Below are positions 19,201 through 27,700 of a stretch of 64,000 bases of DNA, piece by piece. The notes under the pieces were generated by a model. The model was not told where the DNA came from, made no database searches, and worked only from the letters and a program-made list of their open reading frames with translations. The stretch is from positions 64,001-128,000 of the IMG/VR virus record IMGVR_UViG_3300050142_000050. One strand, 5' to 3'. Made by a program: the position numbers and the translations under genes. Every line of letters begins with the position of its first letter. Position 1 is the stretch's first letter. This stretch comes from a virus. Its lineage: Duplodnaviria > Caudoviricetes.

Positions 19201-21433
19201 ATACTGATTTCTTGAAGAGTGCATTACCCGTACCGGGTGCATATGGGTTGAGTGTAGTTTGACCTTCACGTCCACGACCCAGGTAGGGTTGATAGAGCTT
19301 CGCCCACGAAGTCGATTGACCGGCGAGGGTATCGAACTTGCGGATTTCGAAGCACACTGCTACAGTACCAGCGGGAGCCTTCTTGGAGGTAATCCCGATC
19401 TGGGTGTAGGACGATGGGCCTGCATTACCCAACCCACCATTGTTGGCGACCGTCTCGTAGTTACCGAGTGTGACACCGTCGGCCGACTTGAAGTACATGG
19501 CCAGCTGTACATTACAGTTGGCAGTGGCCACCTTAATGTGAGCCTGCCACCACTCATCCTCACGTGCGCTGTGCCATTGTTGCATGTAGATATAGTTGGA
19601 TGCAGTACCCTGACGATTGGTCTGGTTAATGATCCAAACCTTATCGGGATCGACGGTCAGTGTACCGTTCCAGAGATCACCCCTGCTGAGGGTATAGATC
19701 ATCGCGTTCGCGATAGTTGTGTTATAGAGCCAACCAATCGGATCGGTATAAGCCCACTCAGTGTTGTCCAAGAAGTTACCACTACCTGTAGGAATGGTGT
19801 TAAACGAGGACGATAGAGTATTCACCGTTCCGGTAACCGTATCGATAGCCGTACTGCGCGACTGTGCCTCGGCACTAACCAAGTTGGCAGCTTCAGTCCG
19901 GTTCGTACTGACAGTCGTCGTCAGTGCGGTAACCGACTGAGCGACAGCTTCCACGGCATTCGCACGAGTGGTCTTCTCGTCTGTGATGTCGGCTTGGGCC
20001 TTCAGGATCTGAGCACGACCGTTACCAGGTGAATAAGGATTCCAATCCGTAGTGGTGGACTTCACTCGTCCCAGATAAGGACGATAGAACCACATCCAGC
20101 TGTCGCCATACCCAGCAAGCGTACCGTACTTACGGAACTGTACCTTGACATAGGCGGTACCCGTAGGAGCCTGGAGCTTCTTCACACCGATCTGGCGATA
20201 AGCCGATAGGTTAGGGGATGCAGAAGTTCCTCGATCGGCATTACCCGGCACTCGATCGGCTGCCCCTGACCACGAAATCCAAGATCCATCCTGACGACAG
20301 AATATAATCAGAACATCGACATCGCACCTATGGGCTGCCATCCATGCATAGGCCTGCCACCATTCGCCTTCCGCCGTGGTGATATTTTGTTCAGCGAAGA
20401 TATAGGCACCAGTATTGTTGTTCTGATTGGTCTGGTAGATCGTCAAGGGTAGATCATACATCGGACGCCATTTGGCTTCCGAGATTTCAGTGCCCTGAAT
20501 ATAGGTCTGAGCGATACCGCCAGCATCATTCTTGGAGATGGTCCAGCCACTGAAGTCACTATTGATGAACTCAGTGTTGGTGAAGAAGTTCCCACTACCA
20601 GATGCCAGAGCATTATAGTCACTACGCAGACCAGTGATTAGTGTAGTATTCGCAGTATCCCCATCCACACGAGCCTGCGATTCCTGCTGGAATGCGGCTG
20701 TGAAAGAGATGCTACCATCAGAAGACGCAGCTGACAGAAGAGAGATCTGTTGGGCTAGTGCACCGATCTGATTGGTCAGAGCAGTGTTCTGATTCGAGAT
20801 CTGGGTTTCCAGACTGGTCTTATCAGAAGACTGCTTTACCGAGAGGGTGTTGATCTGCTGTGCCAGGCCACCTTCGGAGGTAGCACGCGACGTGGACTCG
20901 TTTGAAATGAGTGTTTCCACAGCAGTGCGATCAGTGGAGACCTTTGTCTCCAGGGTACTGACACGGGTGGTCAGTGCACCCACAGCAGTAGAGCGAGCTG
21001 TGGTCTCTTCCGAGATCAGAGTGCGTACCTGTCCCAGGTCAGTATTGACCCCAGTACTGAGGGTCGTTATCGTCTGAGCCAGTGAACTATACTGGGTACT
21101 GCGAGCAGTGCTCTCGGTATTGATGAGACCCTGGGTAGTAGTGACGAGTGTGTCGTAGCTGGTGTACAGCTCGTTTACCCTATTGACCAGTCCACCGGAC
21201 TCATTGACCACAGATTCGATCTGTTCGGACAATTGTGCGGTGATGGTGGTACCGATCGCGGGAGCCAGTTGTTCTTCCAGCTTAGAGACCACGTACTGCA
21301 TCTCGATCGAAAATGTCTCATCGAGTGCTTTACTGTAGAAGGGTACCCGATCGGTAGGATCAAACTGAGTCCTCGGGTCGAGTTCACCGATCGTAATTGT
21401 CGAGTTACCATCCTGGTTTACCGGATCGGTCAT
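16259..21433 (-). CDS. Large tail fibre / host-specificity protein with six tandem beta-sandwich modules and a DUF1983-like C-terminus
   Basis: GGAGA RBS before ATG 21433. Coiled-coil segments alternate with repeats (GNxxxNTE...WQA...KxAPAGT.YV.FE.RKY...PYLG). C-terminus is FKVLADVFEIASP. Confidence 0.85.
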   Translation of the reverse strand: MTDPVNQDGNSTITIGELDPRTQFDPTDRVPFYSKALDETFSIEMQYVVSKLEEQLAPAIGTTITAQLSEQIESVVNESGGLVNRVNELYTSYDTLVTTTQGLINTESTARSTQYSSLAQTITTLSTGVNTDLGQVRTLISEETTARSTAVGALTTRVSTLETKVSTDRTAVETLISNESTSRATSEGGLAQQINTLSVKQSSDKTSLETQISNQNTALTNQIGALAQQISLLSAASSDGSISFTAAFQQESQARVDGDTANTTLITGLRSDYNALASGSGNFFTNTEFINSDFSGWTISKNDAGGIAQTYIQGTEISEAKWRPMYDLPLTIYQTNQNNNTGAYIFAEQNITTAEGEWWQAYAWMAAHRCDVDVLIIFCRQDGSWISWSGAADRVPGNADRGTSASPNLSAYRQIGVKKLQAPTGTAYVKVQFRKYGTLAGYGDSWMWFYRPYLGRVKSTTTDWNPYSPGNGRAQILKAQADITDEKTTRANAVEAVAQSVTALTTTVSTNRTEAANLVSAEAQSRSTAIDTVTGTVNTLSSSFNTIPTGSGNFLDNTEWAYTDPIGWLYNTTIANAMIYTLSRGDLWNGTLTVDPDKVWIINQTNRQGTASNYIYMQQWHSAREDEWWQAHIKVATANCNVQLAMYFKSADGVTLGNYETVANNGGLGNAGPSSYTQIGITSKKAPAGTVAVCFEIRKFDTLAGQSTSWAKLYQPYLGRGREGQTTLNPYAPGTGNALFKKSVSLVSDESYTRNQEDVALSGRITTLKSSFEASALAGGNALLNTELSGNKMTSWGWSTYDPSGLISYNVGVNTTDSQYWPGNEKVIVASQWNNNNDTSKYVWINQVYPAKPGEYWQAYAFCASHRCKVSVCLYYLDVNSVQIGTNFFQSAVEYGYDATGKLASNYKQMGVTPKLAPAGTAYVKFEVRKYGTEAGYSDSFAWFWKPYLGLSTATQTEFNPFVHGGNRGLIEAANASISDEAYTRSQEDGALSTRITDLKSSFETTALVSANALVNTDYADGSTYAGWGIGTVNEPNGTYDQGPTLSGANFYPAGERSLTIWQKNAGTNGPNGYRYAYQIVAASAGEYWQAYVWAAAHRCKVDMWLVFLDANYNVIGSNSWTLGDTTVGTGGVQFTGYSQIGFKTPKLAPAGTAYVKFEMRKKGTNSGEGDSWAWFIRPFCGRVRSTLTEWTPFSNGSAGVAIQKSFADLNSESTARSTAVGALGQRIDSTNASVLAVPTASGNYLSDTNFDLETIDGWYYGSPANLTMPFTTTKGQVAAASGATTSANYIQLSQSNRVGNGDPYLWFSQMLPAKEGEWWQAHAQFITDNCQAEVLLIFIRGSDNAWTPYGSGRTNFGTSGSGANQFVQAGITSKQAPAGTVAVYFEIRKYDTLPGSSSSMLRIYQPYLGRGREGQTTLNPYTPGNASSLVRKLSASVTTESQARVNADNALSSLISTVKSSLTNNDGTNFVSQGDFQAGVMGEWINNIDSGMGSGVQILTPSDFGQTIPPYGTRVLQLSGGPGGRRDFLDRPLYRNWAARTLRVRGALSAQFSTRPSLIGFKVTYRNGTFDWIGSSNAAAGAASYLNVDFQVTIGANAIAITPWVCLNGDWGTTGMECRLNFFEITDVTELNASVSTINEAIVSIQGGVASALARSAVVLSNNGYISGTESTNTGTVSSFKVLADVFEIASPASGPRYEYKNGLTKIIDNNNIARLTFGLRST
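17175..17223. repeat. 49-bp exact direct repeat, copy 1 (copy 2 at 19248-19296), inside the fibre gene
   Basis: TTGAGTGTAGTTTGACCTTCACGTCCACGACCCAGGTAGGGTTGATAGA is identical at both sites. Confidence 0.95.
19248..19296. repeat. 49-bp exact direct repeat, copy 2
   Basis: Identical to 17175-17223. Confidence 0.95.
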
Positions 21434-21559
21434 GGTCGGTTCTCCAAATTCAAGGTTCGTCGATTGGTTCAACAGGAAACATATTTATCAGTTCTATCCC
21501 ATTGTACGACGATACGCCATAAAATCGAGTGGTATGGGGAATCAGGTGTCCTGAAAATC

Positions 21560-21574
21560 CATATTACATTCACG
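21560..21574 (+). promoter_or_regulatory. Putative early promoter
   Basis: CATATTAC upstream of the gene at 21617; followed by ACG rather than RTG. Confidence 0.5.
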
Positions 21575-21616
21575 GATATGGTAGTGTATCAGTCTTTTCA
21601 CTAAGGAGGAATCTCG

Positions 21617-21922
21617 ATGTCTCGTATTTTTGCGGATGGTGATCCGTTAATTGAAGTCATCCGCGGTACGCTCGTAAAGCGTAAGAATGGATCTTGGTAT
21701 GGTGTGATCGTGGGTGACTATGAGACCCACCGTACGGACGGTGTGGCGGTGATGTCCCTATTGGAGTTCGGTGCAGTCCACGTCGAACCCAAGGGAAATC
21801 TTCTCCACTGGGACGGGATATTCCGTCTCGATGAGAATGCCGTGGCGATCATGAATGCATGGCGCAAGGGCGGTACTCCTGAAGAGATGACCCAGATGCT
21901 CCTGTCCATCAAACAAAAATAA
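21617..21922 (+). CDS. Hypothetical protein
   Basis: AAGGAGG RBS; 101 aa. Confidence 0.75.
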   Translation: MSRIFADGDPLIEVIRGTLVKRKNGSWYGVIVGDYETHRTDGVAVMSLLEFGAVHVEPKGNLLHWDGIFRLDENAVAIMNAWRKGGTPEEMTQMLLSIKQK

Positions 21923-21927
21923 GGATC

Positions 21928-21955
21928 AGGTAGGAGGGCGCGAGCCCTCCTACCT
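21928..21955. terminator. Terminator hairpin (GNRA loop)
   Basis: AGGTAGGAGGGC-GCGA-GCCCTCCTACCT between convergent genes. Confidence 0.85.
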
Positions 21956-21963
21956 TACCTATA

Positions 21964-22350
21964 TCACAGAGCGCCACGAATCAGACAAACGGGGGCGGAA
22001 TCACCCGGATCATATCGGAAGAAGGCACCACCTTCGATCTTGTACACGCCATCGGCAGTCACTTGATCGAAAGTCCGAGTATACCCCTGGTCGAAGAAGC
22101 CTGTGAGCTGGATCGTGGCATTATCCAGATCACGATACAGAGTGATGGGGCGTGTCACCTGCTTGAATTGGACTTCTGCCACAGAGCAGTACCGCAAGTC
22201 TGCCACGGTGAGCGGACGCAATGTGGTGATGGTGGCCAGGTCTGAAGTTGGCAGAGGAGTCTGGTCACTCGCTAATGCGACTGGAGCCGAGTCCGTCATA
22301 CCCTTCTGACCGACCACACGATTTCTTGCAATTGTAATTGGATTAGGCAT
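21964..22350 (-). CDS. Small virion/tail-associated hypothetical protein
   Basis: GGAG RBS; GQKGMTDSAPVALASDQTP motif recalled from phage tail-associated proteins. Confidence 0.55.
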   Translation of the reverse strand: MPNPITIARNRVVGQKGMTDSAPVALASDQTPLPTSDLATITTLRPLTVADLRYCSVAEVQFKQVTRPITLYRDLDNATIQLTGFFDQGYTRTFDQVTADGVYKIEGGAFFRYDPGDSAPVCLIRGAL

Positions 22351-22412
22351 AGTGGCTCTCCTGATGGATATTCAATAGAATATCGAGGGGCCGTATTTAC
22401 GAGGAGATTAAG

Positions 22413-22829
22413 ATGGCTAGATCGCAAAAGAGTATCATCCACTGTGGATTCAAAACTCTCCCAGAGGGTGATTTACATCCCCTGCACTGTAAGCAAGTCA
22501 GGACTGGTTTCGGAGACACCGTGAGTCTTGATCTGTGGGGTATCCGAGTACCTGAATTGCCAGATATCCGCGCTTTCAGGATTATCTCCAAAACAGCCAT
22601 GGAGATCAATGGTGTCCTCATGTTGGGGTCTATCAATGGTACCCAATTCCATGTATGGGATGTCAGTGTCGGATGGCAAATTGTCGACGTGGAAATCGCG
22701 GAGACTGGACATGAGATCTTCTACAAATTCAAAGTTCCAAGGTCCGATGTACAGGTCGAAGTGACCCTGTCTAACACGAAGATGGACTACCACAATAGCA
22801 GACTCTCCAAGCATCTTTGTAGGGCATAA
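22413..22829 (+). CDS. Hypothetical protein
   Basis: GAGGAG RBS; ends at a terminator. Confidence 0.75.
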   Translation: MARSQKSIIHCGFKTLPEGDLHPLHCKQVRTGFGDTVSLDLWGIRVPELPDIRAFRIISKTAMEINGVLMLGSINGTQFHVWDVSVGWQIVDVEIAETGHEIFYKFKVPRSDVQVEVTLSNTKMDYHNSRLSKHLCRA

Positions 22830-22837
22830 ACCTGATA

Positions 22838-22864
22838 GTGAGAGGGGCTTTACGCCCCTCTCAC
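22838..22864. terminator. Terminator hairpin
   Basis: GTGAGAGGGGC-TTTAC-GCCCCTCTCAC, then CTTATTTTTT. Confidence 0.85.
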
Positions 22865-22962
22865 CTCGGTCTTATTTTTTAGTTTTAGGACAAAATCTGA
22901 CATCGATCACTAAAATCGAATACCCTCTAAAATCGATTCTAAGCGCTCTAGGAGCTCGAAGA

Positions 22963-23463
22963 TCAACTTACCGTCTCAGTATTGCTCTGAGACCCATCTT
23001 CGCTCTCTACGGGCTTCTGAGAGGAAATGAGAGTATTTTGAGCTCGTGTGATCTCCTGAACACTCAGAAGTTGATATTCGAGATCCTCAAGATCATCATC
23101 GTTCGCTACAAACCGAATGATCTCCTCGGGATGTTTCAAATACCGGAAGATGATTTCTCGTTTCTGGGAGGTGGTAGGATCAGTCACCGAGCCGCTAACC
23201 GGGATCCCTGATTTGGGAATCGGTAGGTGGGATAGGAACCTGACCAGCTCGCGGATCGTCGAGACCGTCCCTGGGTAGGAATCACCTCGACCACGGATAG
23301 TGATCTCAAAACCTCCACGAGGATCACCTGTGACGGATGGACCGATCTCCAGATCGTTGAACGGGACCTGACCGTCGCGGAGCCCGATCCGAGGGATGCG
23401 GGTGACGAGCAACCGAAGCTCGAAGCGGAGCGGTAGGTCGATCATCGTTCGCAAGTCGGGCAT
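22963..23463 (-). CDS. Hypothetical protein
   Basis: 166 aa; AAAGGA upstream of the start on the minus strand. Confidence 0.6.
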   Translation of the reverse strand: MPDLRTMIDLPLRFELRLLVTRIPRIGLRDGQVPFNDLEIGPSVTGDPRGGFEITIRGRGDSYPGTVSTIRELVRFLSHLPIPKSGIPVSGSVTDPTTSQKREIIFRYLKHPEEIIRFVANDDDLEDLEYQLLSVQEITRAQNTLISSQKPVESEDGSQSNTETVS

Positions 23464-23469
23464 GGTCAG

Positions 23470-24110
23470 ATCCTTTCACAGGATCAGGGTCCAACCTGGT
23501 AGGAAATTTACAACCGATCTGTTTACAGATACTGGAAAAATCGGCGGGGGGTCGCGGGCGCGCGGGCGCGCTAAACCTTCAGAGCGCTTCGCGCTACGTT
23601 TCGCTTCCGCTAGGAAGCTTTCGTGAATGTTTTTTGTTTCTTCCAGTCTCCTGACTGGTTGAAATTCCATGAATTGAAAATTCAAACCATTTCTGGATTT
23701 CCAAGAAATCCAAATCCAAGTTTGGTATTTGATTTTCAGGATTTTTGAAAAATCCTGATTTTCACTTTGTATTCCGTGTGCGCGCACACGTGTCTAATAG
23801 ATTATACTTACGTAGTAAGTATTCTTTATTGAGATATATTAGTTATATATAACTAATATCTAGATATTACTTAAGTAATATCTAGTATTAAATATATACT
23901 AGTATATTAATACATATACAGAGTATATGTATATTAAAATATATATTTATATATATAAATAAATTAATAAACGCGTGGGCGGGCGCACGTGCGCAGGCGC
24001 GGGCACGCACACCCGGGCGCACACGCACGCGGTATTAATAAAACCCGCGCGCGAGCCCAGGGTTTTTATACCCGCACATCCGTGCAGGGTTTTATATAAC
24101 TCATCGTAAA
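23470..24110. other. AT-rich palindrome array flanked by GC-rich alternating purine/pyrimidine tracts; candidate replication origin
   Basis: Between divergent genes. Perfect palindromes at 23775-23790, 23836-23859, 23860-23885, 23894-23907, 23944-23961 and 23983-23994. Confidence 0.55.
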
Positions 24111-24238
24111 AAAACTCCAAACTCGGAGTGTTATGTTTTGAGCACCCAGCGAACGAACCGATCTCGGAATAAAAACTTCCACTCGGGACTCCATCCCGTG
24201 AGTGAAAACCATTCACGATTTTTGGAGGATTCGGTGAA

Positions 24239-25180
24239 ATGATTACCCGATACCGAGACGCTGACTTGGCGTACCAGGATTTAATCCGGTACGTGGACCG
24301 GCATGGTGAGATTACCCACGACCGGACTGGGGTGGGGACCAAGGAAGTTTTCGCTACGGCGGTGGGATTCGATCTGGAACCGGATGAGGTCCCAGTCATC
24401 TCGCTCAAGCGGGTGTTTTGGAAAACCGCGATCAAGGAAATGTTGCTGTTCCTGCGAGGTGAGACTCGGTTGGAGGAGTTCCTGCGATGGGACGTCCACA
24501 TCTGGTCGGAATGGCCCTACCGCAAGTTCCTGGATGATCTGGACAAGACCCGCGGAGATGGGGTTCGGACTGAAATCACCCCTATCGGCCTCAAGCTGTT
24601 CGAGGATCAGATCCTGAGTGATCCTGAGTTCTCAAAGACCTGGGGGGACTTGGGTCCGATCTATGGGGGTACCTGGCGTAAGTGGCAGGGGAATGATGGG
24701 AAGATTTATGATCAGGTCGCTGACTTGGTCCATGCCCTCAAGCATAACCCCACGAGTCGTAGGAAGCTCTTCTCGGGATGGGATTACCCCAAGCTCGGTG
24801 AAATGGCTCTTCCGCCGTGTCACCTACTGTACCAGTATCACGTCCGCCAGGATGGCCGTCTCGAAAGCCTCCTATTTCAAAGATCCGCAGATTGCTTTTT
24901 GGGAGTTCCGTTTAATTGGACGGGACAGCGAGCACTCCAGATGATGCTGGCTAAGACCTGTGATCTGACTCCAGGAGATATGTTCTGGATTGGTGGGAGT
25001 ACTCACCTCTACACGAACCATTTGGAGCATATTCCGACGATCGAGAGTCGGTGGACTAGGAATAACCCTCGTCTCATCCTGAAGACCAAGCGGAATCGCC
25101 TCGAAGATTACGTGATCGAAGATTTCGAAATGGTGGGTTATGATCCCCACCCTGCTATCTCAGCGCAGGTCGCTGTCTGA
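24239..25180 (+). CDS. thyA: Thymidylate synthase
   Basis: DRTGVGT, GDLGPIYG..WRKW, NPTSRR, MALPPCH, QRSADCFLGVPFN and HLYTNH motifs. Confidence 0.97.
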   Translation: MITRYRDADLAYQDLIRYVDRHGEITHDRTGVGTKEVFATAVGFDLEPDEVPVISLKRVFWKTAIKEMLLFLRGETRLEEFLRWDVHIWSEWPYRKFLDDLDKTRGDGVRTEITPIGLKLFEDQILSDPEFSKTWGDLGPIYGGTWRKWQGNDGKIYDQVADLVHALKHNPTSRRKLFSGWDYPKLGEMALPPCHLLYQYHVRQDGRLESLLFQRSADCFLGVPFNWTGQRALQMMLAKTCDLTPGDMFWIGGSTHLYTNHLEHIPTIESRWTRNNPRLILKTKRNRLEDYVIEDFEMVGYDPHPAISAQVAV

Positions 25181-25212
25181 CCCATCCGTTTTTGAAGAAG
25201 GTTCCTTATCCC

Positions 25213-25536
25213 ATGACCGAAGTCATCATCGATGAAAACAACCCCACCGTGACCACGGAACCCGTCGAGAAGTCGACGAGTGTGCAGACTCTGGAAGCTG
25301 ATCTGATCGATCTCCAGACCAAGCTGGACAAGTACCAGACCGAACATGACGATGAAGTGTTCGATTCGTTTGTTTCGGGTGACTACATGGCCCTGAACAA
25401 CCTGATCAGTGCGCTCAAGCAGAGCATCCTGATGATCCAGGGTCGCATCGAAGCTCGCAAGCTTTATCTGGCTACTCAGCAGTCGGAGGCTGAAGCCGGA
25501 GCATCTGACGACACCCCGACCGACACTCAGGGCTAA
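25213..25536 (+). CDS. Acidic coiled-coil hypothetical protein
   Basis: Downstream of thyA; strong coding-like codon bias. Confidence 0.7.
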   Translation: MTEVIIDENNPTVTTEPVEKSTSVQTLEADLIDLQTKLDKYQTEHDDEVFDSFVSGDYMALNNLISALKQSILMIQGRIEARKLYLATQQSEAEAGASDDTPTDTQG

Positions 25537-25542
25537 CCTCGG

Positions 25543-26256
25543 GTGTTGTTTTTCAAACGAGGAAAAGATGGAGGGCCCGATTCGAATGTTTTCGGGCTCT
25601 ACATCATCGAGATCAAATGGCTCTTCTCCATCGTCCTCTTACGATTCGATGGGGAGAGTCGTGAGGCTTTTCACACACATGCCTTCAATTCGATGGCATG
25701 GCTCCTGAAAGGCCAGCTCCGTGAGAAGATGAAGGATGGACGTGAGTTCATCTATCGACCTTCTCTGTGGCCTTTCTTCATCACCAGACGAGACTACCAC
25801 AAGGTGTCTTCGGATACTCCATCCTCTTGGGTACTCAACTTCCGAGGTCCTTGGAAGAAAGAGTGGCTCGATCACGATCAGAAGACTGGTGTGACTAGTA
25901 TCTTGAGGAATGGACGTAGTGTCGCCGATAGTTACTCTGAAGAGATCAGACCATCGACCGACCGTAGTCGCCTGGAGAAGGAAAACTCACGGCTCAGTTC
26001 TGAGCTTCTCGAGTGCAAAGAAGCACTGTCAGAGAAGAGCGGTATGTATCTCGACGCAGTCGATTGGTTGAAAGTTGGTATCTCTGGATACCCGGCTGTC
26101 CTCCTAAATCAGCTGCGCCGTGAGAGGTTTCCCAACCCAGCGTCATCGGACTTCCCTCGACTGAAAGAGTTTGCGAAGACACTTTCGGCATCGGATGTGG
26201 CGACATGGCCCGATTATGCAAGAGCTGATCTCAAAGCCTTTGTCGAAAGCGAATGA
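25543..26256 (+). CDS. Hypothetical protein with a cupin-like N-terminal domain
   Basis: FHTHAFN...YHKV...WVLNFRGPW cupin-like pattern; GTG start. Confidence 0.55.
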   Translation: MLFFKRGKDGGPDSNVFGLYIIEIKWLFSIVLLRFDGESREAFHTHAFNSMAWLLKGQLREKMKDGREFIYRPSLWPFFITRRDYHKVSSDTPSSWVLNFRGPWKKEWLDHDQKTGVTSILRNGRSVADSYSEEIRPSTDRSRLEKENSRLSSELLECKEALSEKSGMYLDAVDWLKVGISGYPAVLLNQLRRERFPNPASSDFPRLKEFAKTLSASDVATWPDYARADLKAFVESE

Positions 26257-26259
26257 CAT

Positions 26260-26589
26260 ATGGGTCGATATACCGAGAATCTCCTACGGAGACGAAATAA
26301 GAAATCACGACTCATGAACAAGAAGCCGGAGGTACTACCCTGTGAGGAGTATCTTTCGGCATGTGGAGTCATGATCGATGGGAATCTCTATTCAGGTTAC
26401 CGCACACATCAGGCCCTCATGGAAGCCCATTCTCTGGAGGGAGTCCATGAGCGTGAGAAAGGGTATGTGACATCGACTGGTAGATTCGTCAGTCGGCGTG
26501 AAGCATGTGAAATCGGAATCGACTCTGGTCAAGTACAACCAGGTCCCATCCGAGACATCCTGTCGTGCGATATAACCTGGGTGGATTGA
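26260..26589 (+). CDS. Phage hypothetical protein
   Basis: GYRTH...KGYVTSTGRFVSRREA motif, seen in many phages. Confidence 0.7.
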   Translation: MGRYTENLLRRRNKKSRLMNKKPEVLPCEEYLSACGVMIDGNLYSGYRTHQALMEAHSLEGVHEREKGYVTSTGRFVSRREACEIGIDSGQVQPGPIRDILSCDITWVD

Positions 26590-26634
26590 GGAGAGAACCT
26601 AACCATCATATAGTCCTCCAGTAGGAGTAGTGCG

Positions 26635-26988
26635 ATGGCTAAGGTATCGAATATTTTGAGATCCACGACAGATGGATATGTCTTCTTCTGTCCTGGATGC
26701 AAGAACATGCACCAGGTGCGCGTTAAGGGCACTCCGGCGTGGGGATGGAATGGGAGTCTGGATAAGCCTACTTTCTCTCCTTCCATCCTCATTAGGTCAG
26801 GTCACCATGTACCTGGGCATGAGGGAAGTCAATGTTACTGTACTTGGGATGATAAGGAAGAGTTTCCTGATCTCAAGTGTGGGGTATGTCACTCATATGT
26901 GACGGATGGTAACATTCAGTTCCTCAGCGACTGTACGCATGAGCTTGCGGGGCAGACTGTTCCTATTCCCGATTTACCTGGCGAGTGA
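26635..26988 (+). CDS. DUF6527-like Cys/His metal-binding protein
   Basis: FFCPGC...H, KPTFSPSIL and CHSYVTDGNIQFLSDCTHELAGQTV motifs. Confidence 0.8.
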   Translation: MAKVSNILRSTTDGYVFFCPGCKNMHQVRVKGTPAWGWNGSLDKPTFSPSILIRSGHHVPGHEGSQCYCTWDDKEEFPDLKCGVCHSYVTDGNIQFLSDCTHELAGQTVPIPDLPGE

Positions 26989-26991
26989 GGT

Positions 26992-27017
26992 GGTAGGAGG
27001 GCGTGAGCCCTCCTACC
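26992..27017 (+). terminator. Terminator hairpin (GNRA loop)
   Basis: GGTAGGAGGGC-GTGA-GCCCTCCTACC. Confidence 0.8.
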
Positions 27018-27047
27018 TACTCTATCTATCCAAAAGATTCGAAAGCT

Positions 27048-27062
27048 CATATCACCTTAATG
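27048..27062 (+). promoter_or_regulatory. Putative early promoter
   Basis: CATATCAC-CTTA-ATG, upstream of 27112. Confidence 0.65.
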
Positions 27063-27111
27063 GAGAATAGGTAGTGAGTAGACTATCATCCTCTATCTAA
27101 GGAGAAAGATT

Positions 27112-27543
27112 ATGGCACACATCGTCCACGATACCAATGCACTTTCCACCAATCCCAATTTCACAAGCACACATCTCTGTGTGGTAGAATCGAAAAATGA
27201 TGTCGACTTCCTCACAAACGGTGCGACTGTGTACGGCCCGTTCGGTTCGGAATCCGATGCCGAGGCGTTCATCGACGACTCGTCGTGCGGTCTTTACATT
27301 ACCGTCCCCATGACAACCACCTGTCCTGACAATACGTTCAAGTCAGTCGGCTTCTCGCGGAATAGTGGGGTATGTATCATCGCGGCACTGAACGGTAAGA
27401 ACTACCTCTCTGGTGGTTCGCACTTCGTCGGCCCGTTCACAACCAATGACGAAGCTCGGGCGTGGGCAAAAGAACATATCACTGATACTCCTTACGACAA
27501 CCCATATTGGGAAGTCATTCCGATGCAGGTCATCCTCGACTGA
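27112..27543 (+). CDS. Hypothetical protein with an internal duplication
   Basis: AAGGAG RBS; two similar halves (YGPFGSESDAEAF / VGPFTTNDEARAW). Confidence 0.75.
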   Translation: MAHIVHDTNALSTNPNFTSTHLCVVESKNDVDFLTNGATVYGPFGSESDAEAFIDDSSCGLYITVPMTTTCPDNTFKSVGFSRNSGVCIIAALNGKNYLSGGSHFVGPFTTNDEARAWAKEHITDTPYDNPYWEVIPMQVILD

Positions 27544-27561
27544 CAAGTCGTCTCTGAACAA

Positions 27562-27587
27562 GGTAGGGAGGCTCGCGCCTCCCTACC
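27562..27587 (+). terminator. Terminator hairpin
   Basis: GGTAGGGAGGC-TCGC-GCCTCCCTACC, then CCTTTATTTTTT. Confidence 0.85.
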
Positions 27588-27634
27588 CCATATCCCTTTA
27601 TTTTTTGAAAACCAGAATCAAAAAAATACATCAC

Positions 27635-27649
27635 TATATCACCACAGTG
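27635..27649 (+). promoter_or_regulatory. Putative early promoter
   Basis: TATATCAC-CACA-GTG, preceded by TACATCAC and an A-tract. Confidence 0.65.
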
Positions 27650-27700
27650 AAGTTAAGGTAATGAATGGTTCGTTATCGACTTTCTAAGGAGTGTCCTAAC

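Noticed and set aside
16259-21472. Diversity-generating retroelement TR/VR pair in the fibre gene
   Set aside because: The repeats are in-frame domain duplications without adenine-specific mismatches, and there is no reverse transcriptase in the window.
23476-24501. Minus-strand ORFs 23476-23787 and 23947-24501
   Set aside because: Low-complexity translations of the palindromic/AT-rich region, partly antisense to thyA; no RBS or protein-like composition.
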